This document shows, one piece after another, positions 16,166-26,188 of a stretch of 37,053 nucleotides of DNA; position 1 is the stretch's first letter, and every line of letters starts with the position of its first letter. Under the pieces are notes generated by a model. The model was not told the DNA's origin. It was given only the letters and a program-made list of their open reading frames with translations, and made no database searches. The stretch spans positions 1 through 37,053 of the forward strand of contig PWGF01000233.1 of NCBI GenBank assembly GCA_003554375.1, read 5' to 3'. The position numbers were made by a program, and so were the translations under genes. The stretch is from Spirochaetaceae bacterium. GTDB taxonomy: Bacteria; Spirochaetota; Spirochaetia; DSM-27196; SKKC01.

Positions 16166-16999
16166 TCAGCCGCATAGCGCCTGCTCCTCGGTGGCCTGGA
16201 GCGAGACCGGAACGCGTTGGCGCCGGCGGAACTTGACGAGCGTCTCGACGCCGATCTCCTCGAGCAACCGGGTTACATGGTGCCGGCCGTGAGCGACTTG
16301 CTGCGGTGTGTGAGCATCGGAGCCGTAGGTCAACGGGACGCCGAGCTCGTGGAGAGCGCGGATGACCCACGGGGCCGGGAAGGTCTCTCCGCACTTGCGG
16401 AGGCCGGAGGTGTTGATCTCTACTGCTACATCCTGGGCGGCGATGACCTGGACGGTCTCCTCGATAAGCGGGGTCAGATCGGTATCGATGGGAGGGCCCA
16501 TCGCCTTGATGGCGTCGGGGTGCGCGATCACGTCGAAGAGCCCGGAGCGGGCGGAGCTCTGAACGGCTTCGAAGTAGCGCTCGTATATCTCGAGCGGGTC
16601 CGATGCGTCCGCCCACCGGCGGGGCGCGTATACGTGGTACGGGCCGAAGTCATGTACCGAGCCGATGACGTAGTCCACGCGGCTGTCTGCGAGGGCGTCG
16701 CGGTAGACCTGCTCGGTCCCCGGAAGGTAGTCGGCCTCTATTCCCACGAGGACTTCGAGCTCGTGCGCGTGTTCCTGTTGGAGGGCGGTGGCCTCATTCA
16801 GGTAGCGGCCGAAGTCGCTCCGTGCCATCTGAATCTTCGGCGAGGGGTGGTCGTCGGGATGGGCGAACAGGGGAGCGTGGTCGCTGAAACCGAGCGTGGA
16901 GACGCCGTTAGCTTTGGCGGCATGGACGTAGTCGGCAAGCGAGCCGCTTGCGTGGCCGCAGCGCTTGTGATGGGTGTGAAGATCGATTGTGCAGTACAT
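16166..16999 (-). CDS. Histidinol-phosphatase, PHP (HisJ/HisK) family
   Basis: DLHTH..CGHA, FSDHAP, GIEADY, DYVIGSVH, AHPD, EINTSG, GSDAH; SD AGGAG. Confidence 0.85.
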   Translation of the reverse strand: MYCTIDLHTHHKRCGHASGSLADYVHAAKANGVSTLGFSDHAPLFAHPDDHPSPKIQMARSDFGRYLNEATALQQEHAHELEVLVGIEADYLPGTEQVYRDALADSRVDYVIGSVHDFGPYHVYAPRRWADASDPLEIYERYFEAVQSSARSGLFDVIAHPDAIKAMGPPIDTDLTPLIEETVQVIAAQDVAVEINTSGLRKCGETFPAPWVIRALHELGVPLTYGSDAHTPQQVAHGRHHVTRLLEEIGVETLVKFRRRQRVPVSLQATEEQALCG

Positions 17000-17111
17000 A
17001 GTTACTCCTGTATGGGATCGTGAATCGACTCGAACGGACGCGAACGGTGCGCCCTGAGGGCCAGGACGGCGAGCTCCGCAATCGTTCCACCCGCGTCATG
17101 GACCGCGCGCT

Positions 17112-17645
17112 CTACGATGGGCCGTAGCGGTCGAACCAGGCGCGCTCGCCGAACGGCTTCTTTGGGGCCTGTGACGGTTCTTCAGCTGGGACGCCAACGG
17201 GCAGGAGCACTCGCACCTCCTGCTCCGCCGGAACGCCGAGCAGGCGGCCAATCCGGCCCGCCACGTCGTTGCTGCGGAGCACGCCGTCGATCCAGACCGA
17301 CGCGTAGCCGAGCGCGGTTATTGCGAGTAGCATATTCTCGGTTGCCGCGGCGTAGTCCTCGACGCCGAAGCTCAACTCATGGTCGCTTGTCGCGTCCGGG
17401 TCCATCACGACGGCGATGATGGCCTGGGCGGTGGTGAGGGCCGGCGAGCCCCCCGCGAGCTCAGCAATCTGTGACCTGATCTTCGGATCGGTGACGATCA
17501 CGAATGACGTCGACTGTCCGTTGTACCCGCTGGGTGCGCGGATACCGGCGTCTACGATTTTTACCAGGTGGTCGCGGGGCACCGGCGAGTCGGTAAACGA
17601 ATCACGGTAGCTCGCGCGGCGTGCTATTGCATCAAACAGTTCCAT
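17112..17645 (-). CDS. Nitroreductase family protein
   Basis: I.RR.SYR.F, APSGYNGQ, AATENMLLAITALGYASVW; SD GAGGA. Confidence 0.88.
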   Translation of the reverse strand: MELFDAIARRASYRDSFTDSPVPRDHLVKIVDAGIRAPSGYNGQSTSFVIVTDPKIRSQIAELAGGSPALTTAQAIIAVVMDPDATSDHELSFGVEDYAAATENMLLAITALGYASVWIDGVLRSNDVAGRIGRLLGVPAEQEVRVLLPVGVPAEEPSQAPKKPFGERAWFDRYGPS

Positions 17646-17882
17646 CTCATCCTCCTCTCTGAAGCCGGCTGGTGTGTGGCACCGTTCCGGTCAAAGCATC
17701 ACCGAGTGCGGCGGCCGCCGCAGCGCGCAGACGTTGAGCGGAAGGGGCAATAACCCGACCCTGGAAACCGGCGGGGCCAGGTCTTGCGCGTCTTGTTTAC
17801 AACCGCGGCGGTAGGGGGGCTCGATGACCGTCTTTGTGGTGTGTCAAAGCGCCTGACAGACAACACAAAGCCCGCGAGCACA

Positions 17883-17918
17883 CAAAAAGGGCCGAGCCAC
17901 ACGGAGTGACCCGGCCTT
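17883..17918 (-). terminator. Intrinsic terminator after tRNA-fMet
   Basis: Minus strand GC-rich hairpin GGCCGGGTCAC...GTGGCTCGGCC followed by CTTTTTGT. Confidence 0.75.
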
Positions 17919-17923
17919 CTCTA

Positions 17924-17996
<73 letters not shown>

Positions 17997-18008
17997 ATGT
18001 CTGCTGAG

Positions 18009-18038
18009 AACATACCAAAGGCCCTGCTCAAGCGTCAA
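18009..18038 (-). promoter_or_regulatory. Sigma70-type promoter for tRNA-fMet
   Basis: Minus strand TTGACG-N18-TATGTT with extended TG, 12 nt upstream of the tRNA. Confidence 0.6.
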
Positions 18039-18084
18039 CAGCCTTCCACGGTTCTCCGGCGCAATTCCTGTTGAACATCCGGCT

Positions 18085-18741
18085 CTATCCGTGTCGGTAC
18101 CGAATGATGAGCGTGAGCGCAACGGCAAGCACGACCGACACCACTGCGATGACGGGCCCCAGCAGTTGAAGCGCACCGTCCTGCTCCACGGATATATTAT
18201 ATCCGGCGTGCAGAACGACTGCTAGAACCAAGCTCCGCCCGATATGCCATTCGCGGATACGTCCCGCTATCGCTCCGCTGATGATGGCGGTGCAGCCTGC
18301 GTGGAGCGGGATTGCGGTGAAGGTTCGCAGCAAGACGGCGCTCCCGCCCGGTGACAGCAGCGCGCTCTCGACGATTCCGAATCCTGCTCCTACCGCCGCA
18401 CCGAGGACCGCCCCCTGTGCAGCGTCATATGCGGCCGGTGCTATACGGCGATCTCGATTGCCAATGAATCCGGCTGCAACGAGCGCTTTGGGGGCTTCCT
18501 CAGCAACGGCGACGTGTACGAAGTGGCCGAGCAAGTAGCCGGCGGTCGCTGCCCCGAATGGGATGAAGCCTAACAAGGTAGCGATGCCTGCTGAGGCAAG
18601 AACGAGCACCCCGCCGCTCAGTCCGGATTTGAGCAACCGCCCGAAAGGTGGTTGCTCCTGGAGGGGCAGGAGCACTGTTGCAAGCACGAGCGCGAGTGCC
18701 GTTATGGATACTGCAATCGCGAGTGCGGCATGCGGGTTCAC
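18085..18741 (-). CDS. PrsW-family intramembrane protease
   Basis: AEEAPK, G.GFGIVE, P.HA and LHAGYN motifs; highly hydrophobic; 4-bp overlap with the hisC stop. Confidence 0.8.
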   Translation of the reverse strand: MNPHAALAIAVSITALALVLATVLLPLQEQPPFGRLLKSGLSGGVLVLASAGIATLLGFIPFGAATAGYLLGHFVHVAVAEEAPKALVAAGFIGNRDRRIAPAAYDAAQGAVLGAAVGAGFGIVESALLSPGGSAVLLRTFTAIPLHAGCTAIISGAIAGRIREWHIGRSLVLAVVLHAGYNISVEQDGALQLLGPVIAVVSVVLAVALTLIIRYRHG

Positions 18742-19823
18742 CGTTTCGTCGTCGACCTTGCAGGGGCTTCATGAAGGGCCGCAATGGCCGTAAGCAGCCC
18801 TTCTGTGTCTTCCGGCTTCCCGACGGTTATGCGAACAGCCTCAGGAAGACCGAAACTCTCCAGTGGGCGAACCGCGTAGCCCGCGTCCATGAGTTGTGCG
18901 GCAAAGAGATGGGCCTCCATACCGGCTTCGATACACACGAAGTTCGCTGCGCTGGGGTAGGGCGTGAAACCGAGTTGGGATAGCCCTTTCGAAAGGCGGG
19001 CCCTCTCCTCAGCATTGCGAGCTACACAGTCACGCACGTATGACGGATCTTCGAGCGCTGCGGCAGCTGCCGCCTCGGCAACGGAGCTGACGTTGAACGG
19101 CGGCTTGACGCGATAGAGCGCTTCGATTAGCTCGGCACATCCGAACCCGTATCCAACGCGGAGTCCCGCCAACCCGTATGCCTTGGAGAACGTGCGAAGA
19201 ACGAGCAGGTTTTCGTACTGGTCCACGAGCTCCCGGGTGGGGGGGCGCCGACCTTCCGGGACGTAATCCACGTACGCTTCGTCCAAGACCACGAGGATCT
19301 GCCGCGGGATGTACTCGAGCAGATCCTCGATAGCGTCGGGAGCCATCGCCGTACCGGTTGGGTTGTTCGGATTGCACAGCCAAACAATCCGGGTGCGGTC
19401 ACCGAGGAACCGGCGAAACGCATCGGGATCGTGTGCACCGTGCCTCATCGGAACCTTCACCGGACTGCCGTCGTAGAGGGAGGTTACGCTGTGATACTGG
19501 CTGAAGGTGTGTTCCGCTGCGAGGCTCTCTTCTTTGGTATTCAGAAACGTCCCGGCGGCGATTGCCATGAGCTCATCCGAGCCGTTTCCTATAATGATCC
19601 GCTCTTCCTGGATGTCCAGATGTCCAGCCAGTGCGCTTCGCAATTTGCTGGAGAACTGATCAGGATATCGGCTGACAGCGGGCGCCACCAGTTGAAGCGC
19701 GGCAAGGGCTGCTGGGTGGGGGCCGTACGGATTCTCGTTACTCGATAACTTGACCGCCCCAGCCTTGGAGGTGCCAGGCGAATAGGTTGGGATCTGTTGA
19801 ACGGACAAACGCGGTGGAACCAT
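18738..19823 (-). CDS. hisC: Histidinol-phosphate aminotransferase
   Basis: KLSSNENP, GNGSDE, CNPNNPTG, LDEAY, RTFSKAYGLAGLRVGY; SD GGAGG. Confidence 0.93.
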   Translation of the reverse strand: MVPPRLSVQQIPTYSPGTSKAGAVKLSSNENPYGPHPAALAALQLVAPAVSRYPDQFSSKLRSALAGHLDIQEERIIIGNGSDELMAIAAGTFLNTKEESLAAEHTFSQYHSVTSLYDGSPVKVPMRHGAHDPDAFRRFLGDRTRIVWLCNPNNPTGTAMAPDAIEDLLEYIPRQILVVLDEAYVDYVPEGRRPPTRELVDQYENLLVLRTFSKAYGLAGLRVGYGFGCAELIEALYRVKPPFNVSSVAEAAAAAALEDPSYVRDCVARNAEERARLSKGLSQLGFTPYPSAANFVCIEAGMEAHLFAAQLMDAGYAVRPLESFGLPEAVRITVGKPEDTEGLLTAIAALHEAPARSTTKR

Positions 19824-19945
19824 GTCTTAACCTCCCCAATTCAGCTCCCGTTGGACGCGCCCCAAGGGCCCCGCGAGTACCAGGCGTCTATAGACGCATC
19901 TTCCGGGTAATCAAAGCAGCTGTCAACGCAACGCCTTCCTGGAAG

Positions 19946-20116
19946 AGGACAAACGCAGTTAGACAACGCCCCCAGAAGCGCGGCGGCGAGTGCCCTTCCT
20001 TGACGCTTGGCCGCGACGGGTGGCGACGTGCTCAGATAGGGAGGAATGCTCGTCTCATCGTATTCCGGCCGCCGATATACGACATAGAGCCATAGTGGTC
20101 CAACTGCGTTTGCTCT
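19946..20116. ncRNA. Candidate structured ncRNA (long rod with central bubble, 6S-like)
   Basis: Terminal repeat CAAACGCAGTTAGAC/GTCCAACTGCGTTTG (14 of 15 bp) with nested helices inside; folded by eye only. Confidence 0.35.
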
Positions 20117-20143
20117 GTGGTCGGAAGAGGGCTCGGCGCGGCG

Positions 20144-20560
20144 CTACCGGCCCTCCGAGCTGCCCGGCTCCGCCTCCGAACGCCGTTTCGCTGTGTTCGG
20201 CGGGTTCTTCTTGAGGTATTCGTGGTCCTCCGACATGTCCTCGATAAGGTCGGCGAGCTTCATCTGCAGGCTTGTCTCGGTTGTCTTTGCGAAGATGAGG
20301 TCGCGTGGATTGTCGAACAGCGATTTCACGGATTTCATAATTCGTGCTATCTCGGCATTGCTGAAGCCGTTCATTATGATCACCTTATTCTCGAGCGGAC
20401 CGTGCGCGCCTGGGTCGGCGCCGGACGTGGCGTTGGGCTCGGCGTCCGGCCCGGCGTTTGGCTTGGCCCGGCGTTTGGAGTCCGGCTCGGCATTGGGCTC
20501 GGCGACCGGCTTAGCGTCGGGCCGGGGAGCGCCCGGTTCATTGTGCGACGTCTCGGACAT
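20144..20560 (-). CDS. DUF3783-like protein with repetitive N-terminal extension
   Basis: SD AGGAG; core KVIIMNGFS...IFAKTTETSLQMKLADLIEDMSEDHE resembles DUF3783; AEPN/AEPD repeats at the N-terminus. Confidence 0.65.
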   Translation of the reverse strand: MSETSHNEPGAPRPDAKPVAEPNAEPDSKRRAKPNAGPDAEPNATSGADPGAHGPLENKVIIMNGFSNAEIARIMKSVKSLFDNPRDLIFAKTTETSLQMKLADLIEDMSEDHEYLKKNPPNTAKRRSEAEPGSSEGR

Positions 20561-20701
20561 TGCAGTACTCCTGTGTAGGTCGTGGTATTATCTTGATACC
20601 ATAGGAGGGGGGATATCGGGCTGACAAGAGGGCGGAGTCAACCGGACATCAATCACCGGCGTTGCCGGTGAGATATCATCATTTTTATACTTTTTAGAGA
20701 T

Positions 20702-23305
20702 ATGAAGTACGATAGTCTGACACTAAAGGCCCAGGATGTCTTGCAGCAGGCGTCCGGGGTAGCACAAGAATACAAGCATCCAACACTCGACGTAGACCAC
20801 CTGGCTTTGGCGATGATCCGCCAGGAGGAGGGCGTGGTACCGCCGTTGCTGAGCCGGATCGGCGCCGATCCGCGCGACCTGGAGGCCGGCATCCAGTCCG
20901 TGCTGGGCCAGAAACCGGTCGTGCATGGCGACGAAGCGCAGATGCAGCTCTCCTCCACCATGCAGAAGGTGCTCAACAGCGCGGAGAAGGAGGCGTCGGA
21001 TCTTAAAGACGAATACGTCTCGACCGAGCATCTCCTCTTGGCGGCGGTGAGCCGGAAGCATCCGGTGGCGGATAAGTTCGCTGAAGCAGGAGTCACGCGC
21101 GACGCAATTCTCACCGCGCTCAAATCGGTGCGCGGCAACCGGCGCGTGACGGACCAAGATCCGGAGAGCAAGTACCAGGTACTGGAGAAATACTGTCGCG
21201 ACCTTACCGCTGAGGCGCGCAAAGAGAAGCTCGACCCGGTCATCGGCCGTGACGAGGAGATCCGCCGGATCATGCAGGTGCTGAGCCGCCGCACCAAAAA
21301 CAACCCGGTTCTGATCGGAGAACCGGGCACGGGGAAGACTGCGATTGTCGAGGGCGTTGCCCGGCGCATCGTCTCCGGCGACGTGCCGGATAGCCTCAAG
21401 GACAAGCGGCTCCTCGCGCTCGACCTGGGATCGCTCGTTGCAGGGACCAAGTACCGTGGCGAGTTCGAGGACCGCTTCAAGGCGGTGATCCAGGAGATCG
21501 CGGAGTCGGAGGGGCAGATCATCCTCTTTATCGACGAGCTGCACACCGTCGTCGGTGCAGGTGCGGCCGAAGGCGCAGTGGACGCTTCCAACCTGCTCAA
21601 GCCCGCGCTTGCGCGCGGCCAGCTCCGGGCAATTGGCGCAACAACGCTCGATGAGTATCGCAAGCACATCGAGAAGGACGCCGCATTCGAGCGCCGCTTC
21701 CAGACCGTCTACACGCAGGAGCCGAGCGTCCAGGACACGGTCGCCATTCTGCGGGGACTCAAAGAGCGCTATGAGGTACATCACGGCGTCCGGATCACCG
21801 ACGAAGCGATCATCGCGGCAGCAACGCTCAGCGATCGCTACATCACCTCGCGTTTCCTGCCGGACAAGGCGATCGATCTCATCGATGAGGCGGCCAGCCG
21901 GCTCAAAATGGAGATCGAGAGCCAGCCGGTGGAGCTCGATCAGCTCGAGCGGCGCATTCTCCAGCTCGATATCGAACGGCAGGCGCTGACCAAGGAGAGC
22001 GATCAAGCCAGCGTCGAGCGTCGTGAGAAGCTGGAAGAGGAGCTTGCCGAGCTGCGGGCCAAGCGGGATGAGATGCAGATGGAGTGGCAGAACGAGAAGG
22101 AGCTCATCGAAGGGATCCGCTCGCTCAAGCAGCGGATCGAGGAGCTCAACGCCGAGGAGGCGCAGCAGGAGCGCCAAGGCAACCTGACTCGCGCCGCGGA
22201 GATCAAACACGGGCTCATTCCGGAGGCGGAGCGCGAGCTGGCCGAAAAGACGGCCAAGATCGACGAGCTGCAGGACGAACGGCGGCTGCTTCGCGAGGAA
22301 GTCGGGGACGAGGACGTTGCCCAAGTCGTGAGCGCTTGGACCGGTATTCCGGTGAGCAAGATGATGGCAAGCGAGATGGCGAAGCTCCTTGAGCTCGAGG
22401 CAACGCTCGGCGAGCGCGTGATCGGCCAGGAGCGCGCGGTCAACGCAGTCTCGGATGCCATCCGCCGGAACAAGAGCGGGCTCTCGGACATCAGCAGGCC
22501 CACCGGCGTGTTCATGTTCGTTGGGCCGACCGGCGTCGGAAAGACGGAGCTCGCCAAGACGCTTGCCGCGTACCTCTTCGACGACGAGCGGGCGCTGACC
22601 CGGATCGACATGAGCGAGTACATGGAAAAGTACTCGGTCAGTCGTTTGATCGGCGCGCCGCCCGGCTACGTGGGATACGAGCAGGGCGGTCAGCTTACGG
22701 AGGTCGTGCGGCGAAGGCCATATTCGGTCATTCTCTTTGACGAGGTGGAGAAGGCGCATGCGGACGTTTTCAACGTGCTGTTGCAGCTGCTCGACGAAGG
22801 ACGGTTGACCGACGGCCAGGGTCGCGTTGTGGACTTCCGGAACACGATCATCATCATGACGAGCAACCTCGGCAGTGACGTCATCCTGGGCGCCGAGAAC
22901 CCGGAGGAGCGGTGGCCGCAGATTCGGGAGCTTCTGCACGCCACGTTCAAGCCGGAGTTCCTGAACCGGCTGGATGAGATCATCATGTTCCACCGGCTGT
23001 CGAAGGAGCAGATCAAGAAGATCGTCGACCTGGAAGTCGAACGGGTGGCTCGCCGCCTTGGCGAGCGCAAGATGTCGATCGATCTGGACGAAACGGCCAA
23101 GGAGCATCTGGCTGCGGCGGGCTACGATCCGCAGTTCGGCGCGCGGCCACTCAAGCGGGCCGTGCAGAACCAGCTGCAGAATCCGCTGGCGCGGAAGCTC
23201 TTGGCCGGCGAGTTCAAGGAGGGCGACCGTATTGTCGTAAGCGCCGCCGACGGCGAGCTAACCTTTGAGAAGAGCAAGGAGCTTGCCGAGGCTGCAAGCG
23301 CGTAG
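20702..23305 (+). CDS. clpB: ATP-dependent chaperone ClpB
   Basis: Two AAA+ modules ([16 protein letters not shown]), long coiled-coil middle domain, [20 protein letters not shown]. Confidence 0.97.
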   Translation: MKYDSLTLKAQDVLQQASGVAQEYKHPTLDVDHLALAMIRQEEGVVPPLLSRIGADPRDLEAGIQSVLGQKPVVHGDEAQMQLSSTMQKVLNSAEKEASDLKDEYVSTEHLLLAAVSRKHPVADKFAEAGVTRDAILTALKSVRGNRRVTDQDPESKYQVLEKYCRDLTAEARKEKLDPVIGRDEEIRRIMQVLSRRTKNNPVLIGEPGTGKTAIVEGVARRIVSGDVPDSLKDKRLLALDLGSLVAGTKYRGEFEDRFKAVIQEIAESEGQIILFIDELHTVVGAGAAEGAVDASNLLKPALARGQLRAIGATTLDEYRKHIEKDAAFERRFQTVYTQEPSVQDTVAILRGLKERYEVHHGVRITDEAIIAAATLSDRYITSRFLPDKAIDLIDEAASRLKMEIESQPVELDQLERRILQLDIERQALTKESDQASVERREKLEEELAELRAKRDEMQMEWQNEKELIEGIRSLKQRIEELNAEEAQQERQGNLTRAAEIKHGLIPEAERELAEKTAKIDELQDERRLLREEVGDEDVAQVVSAWTGIPVSKMMASEMAKLLELEATLGERVIGQERAVNAVSDAIRRNKSGLSDISRPTGVFMFVGPTGVGKTELAKTLAAYLFDDERALTRIDMSEYMEKYSVSRLIGAPPGYVGYEQGGQLTEVVRRRPYSVILFDEVEKAHADVFNVLLQLLDEGRLTDGQGRVVDFRNTIIIMTSNLGSDVILGAENPEERWPQIRELLHATFKPEFLNRLDEIIMFHRLSKEQIKKIVDLEVERVARRLGERKMSIDLDETAKEHLAAAGYDPQFGARPLKRAVQNQLQNPLARKLLAGEFKEGDRIVVSAADGELTFEKSKELAEAASA

Positions 23306-23366
23306 GCGCCAACCGCGCAGGTCGAAACGCGTAGCCGGGTGGGCCGCCGGCTCGTCCGGCTACCGA

Positions 23367-23395
23367 TTGACCTGCCGCCTCGGCCCGGATAGCCT
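23367..23395 (+). promoter_or_regulatory. Putative promoter for a leaderless argH mRNA
   Basis: TTGACC-N17-TAGCCT, 6 nt before ATG, no SD. Confidence 0.6.
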
Positions 23396-23401
23396 CCGGT
23401 C

Positions 23402-24772
23402 ATGGGCAAACTATGGGACAAGGGCTACGAGCTCGATGAGCTGATCGAGCGGTTCACGGTAGGGGAGGATTATCGGTTGGACCGTTCGCTTCTGGCTGCC
23501 GACGCGGTGGGAAGTGCAGCTCACGCGAAGATGCTGGCCTCCGTGGGAATCCTGAGCGATGAAGAAGCGGACGCGTTGGTCGGCGAGTGCCGCCGGATCG
23601 CTCGTGACGCGGCTGCCGGCCGGGTGGAGATTGCGCCGCAAGACGAGGATGGGCACACCGTGATCGAGCGGCGGCTTACCGAGCGTGTCGGAGAAGCGGG
23701 TAAGAGGATTCACACCGGCCGGTCTCGTAACGACCAGATACTTGCGGCGCTCCGCCTGTACGGTCGGGAGGCTATCTGGCGCCTTCTGGAGGAGGCGGGC
23801 GCGCTTGCTCGGTCATTGCTGGACCGTGCCGAACAGTCGGCTTCGGTGCCGATGGTCGGGCGTACGCATCTCCAACCGGCAATGCCGTCGAGCGTCGGGG
23901 TCTGGTTGGCTTCGTACGCCGAAGGGCTTGTCGATGACATGCTGCTTCTGACGACGGCGCGCATGCTCACCGATCGCTCACCGCTCGGGGCCGCGGCAAG
24001 CTACGGTACGCCTCTTCCGATCGATCGGTCGATGACGGCGCGGCTGCTCGGGTTCGCCTCAGTGCACAACAACGTTCTCGCCGTCAACAACGCACGCGGC
24101 AAGGTCGAGGCGGTCACCGTGGATGCCGTGGAGCACGTGATGCTAACGTTGTCAAAGCTCGCCACGGATCTGATCCTCTTTTCGCTTCCCGAGCTCGGAT
24201 ACGTTCAGCTGCCGGAGGAATTGTGCTCCGGCTCGAGCATCATGCCACAGAAACGCAACCCGGACGGTCTCGAGCTTCTGCGCTCTCGCGCTGCTACCGT
24301 GTCGGGATGGAGCACGCAAATCAAGAACGTGATCCGAGCTCTTCCCTCGGGGTATAATCGCGACTATCAGGATGCCAAAGAACCGTTTCTCCGCGCCGTG
24401 GAGACCGGCATACTTGCGCTCCAAGTGGCGCGACGGACTGTGAGCTCGATGGAGATTGACGCAGGGCGGCTGCGAGAGGGCTTTAGGCCGGAAGTCTTTG
24501 CCACGGATGCGGCGCTTGAGCGGGTGCGCGGCGGGGAAACCTTCCGCGATGCATACCGGTACGTAGCTACCCATCTCGAGGAGCTTGGGGAGCGAAATCC
24601 GGACGCCTCGCTCGCCGACCGTACGGCTGTCGGAACCGCCGGAAACCTGAACCTCGAGAGCACCAGAAACGAGGTGGAACGGATCGAGAAGAGCGAGGAA
24701 CGACGCCGGAGCGAGGCGCGGGCTGCGCTGCGAAGTCTCATGGGAGACGACCTACGCCTTGCGCTCCTGTGA
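23402..24772 (+). CDS. argH: Argininosuccinate lyase
   Basis: HTGRSRNDQ, GRTHLQPA, GSSIMPQKRNPD, LPSGYNRD. Confidence 0.95.
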   Translation: MGKLWDKGYELDELIERFTVGEDYRLDRSLLAADAVGSAAHAKMLASVGILSDEEADALVGECRRIARDAAAGRVEIAPQDEDGHTVIERRLTERVGEAGKRIHTGRSRNDQILAALRLYGREAIWRLLEEAGALARSLLDRAEQSASVPMVGRTHLQPAMPSSVGVWLASYAEGLVDDMLLLTTARMLTDRSPLGAAASYGTPLPIDRSMTARLLGFASVHNNVLAVNNARGKVEAVTVDAVEHVMLTLSKLATDLILFSLPELGYVQLPEELCSGSSIMPQKRNPDGLELLRSRAATVSGWSTQIKNVIRALPSGYNRDYQDAKEPFLRAVETGILALQVARRTVSSMEIDAGRLREGFRPEVFATDAALERVRGGETFRDAYRYVATHLEELGERNPDASLADRTAVGTAGNLNLESTRNEVERIEKSEERRRSEARAALRSLMGDDLRLALL

Positions 24773-24831
24773 CCGTGGCTGGTCGGCCGGCCGGCGGGTA
24801 AGTCCCTGGTCGGCGGGCGAGTGCTGCCGTA

Positions 24832-26001
24832 TTACTCGGGCAGGGTGGTCGGCATCTCCAAAGTGATCTCTCCGTCCGACAACCGGCGGAACATGCTCTG
24901 GATCTCCGCCCGGACCGCCTCGGGAACGTGGTCGGTGAAGCTCCGGTGCTCGAAGTCGAAGGCTACAGCGTTGTCGGCGACTCCTACGGTCTCATTGGTA
25001 CCGAATGCGAGCTTCCCCTCGATGAAGCGGTTGACGCGCTCTGCCGTAATCTCTTGGAGGCGCGCGTGGACAACGCCAACTACCGTTCCCACGGCGTCAT
25101 CATACGCGCTTCGATAGAAAGAAATCACCTTTCCATTGAAGGTATCCGCGGCACCGTGGACACCGGTGTCAGCGGCACCCGCGTATGTGAGGACCACACT
25201 GGCTCCATCGTCGAATAGCGCCCCGGCAGTGACCTCCGCGTGTTCGTGGTCCTCGAGATCTCCTACGAAGGCCGCCGGCACCGCCGCGTCTTCCTCGACG
25301 GTGCGGGCTCCGATTCGAGCAGCCGGCAGGAACACCTGGTTGAAGACCGGGGTTTCGCGTCCCCCGACTATCCCGACGTGGACGGTCCCTGCGTCATCGG
25401 CACGGTAGCTACTGAGAAGTCCCGCAAAATAGCCAGCGAGAAACGCTTGCTCTCGCCGGTTCACAAGAATCGAATGGATAGCGTCGTTTCCCTCCCAATG
25501 ACCGTCGATCACCAGAAATCGCGTGTCGACGAAGCGGGCCGACACGCTGTCGGCGACCTCGGCGAGCTTCGATCCGACCACTACGACAAGGTCGTATGCC
25601 TCCTCGGATAGCTCCGCGAGGCGCTCCGGCCACATCTCACGGTCCAATGGTAACTCATACACGGTGCGATTGACGTTGGCGAACTGTCCGGTTGCTTCCT
25701 CTGTACCGTCGGTCACCTCCTGAAGCTCCGGATTCGTGTCGATTGATCCCGGCGATACAACCGCGATGGATAGATCCCGCTCAGCCTCTCGCGGTTCTTC
25801 CGCCCGATCGCACGCGGCGATGAGGATGGTTGAGGCAAGCATCCAGGCAAGCGTCCGGATAAGGATGGAGAGCGTCCTCCGTTCAGGCTTTCCGCCGGTC
25901 GGCGCTGAGAAACGCATGTCGGCCGGCCTCGGGTTAGTGCTGGAAACGGGAGCGGTGGGGTTCGCCGCGGGCGTCTTGGCAGAGTTATCATCGGCGTTCA
26001 T
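24832..26001 (-). CDS. BMP-family ABC transporter substrate-binding lipoprotein
   Basis: ATG 26001 after GGAGGA; lipobox LIAA-C; F.VID, EQAFLAGYFAG and VGIVGG motifs. Confidence 0.8.
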   Translation of the reverse strand: MNADDNSAKTPAANPTAPVSSTNPRPADMRFSAPTGGKPERRTLSILIRTLAWMLASTILIAACDRAEEPREAERDLSIAVVSPGSIDTNPELQEVTDGTEEATGQFANVNRTVYELPLDREMWPERLAELSEEAYDLVVVVGSKLAEVADSVSARFVDTRFLVIDGHWEGNDAIHSILVNRREQAFLAGYFAGLLSSYRADDAGTVHVGIVGGRETPVFNQVFLPAARIGARTVEEDAAVPAAFVGDLEDHEHAEVTAGALFDDGASVVLTYAGAADTGVHGAADTFNGKVISFYRSAYDDAVGTVVGVVHARLQEITAERVNRFIEGKLAFGTNETVGVADNAVAFDFEHRSFTDHVPEAVRAEIQSMFRRLSDGEITLEMPTTLPE

Positions 26002-26188
26002 GATACGGGCATCCTCCGTATGAGTGCATGGGCTGATCCGCCCTTGAACCGGACCAGCAGACGGTACACTGATCCACAGCACGTGTCAAAACGTGCGGCC
26101 TGGGCTTAGGCATGGTGCCCGGTTCTGTGCGCACCTCTTCTGTCAGTGCCCGGTTGACCGCCGCCCTGGTCCCTGCTAAAGAAGGCTC

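Noticed and set aside
19958-20104. Integron attC site (GTTAGAC and GTCCAAC core-like heptamers)
   Set aside because: Order is the reverse of attC (GTTRRRY precedes RYYYAAC), and no integrase or cassette array is present.
20723-23107. 794-aa antisense ORF to clpB, and similar shadow ORFs opposite the ligase, pyk and rplI
   Set aside because: Expected artefact of GC-rich codon bias opposite well-conserved genes; no recognisable motifs.
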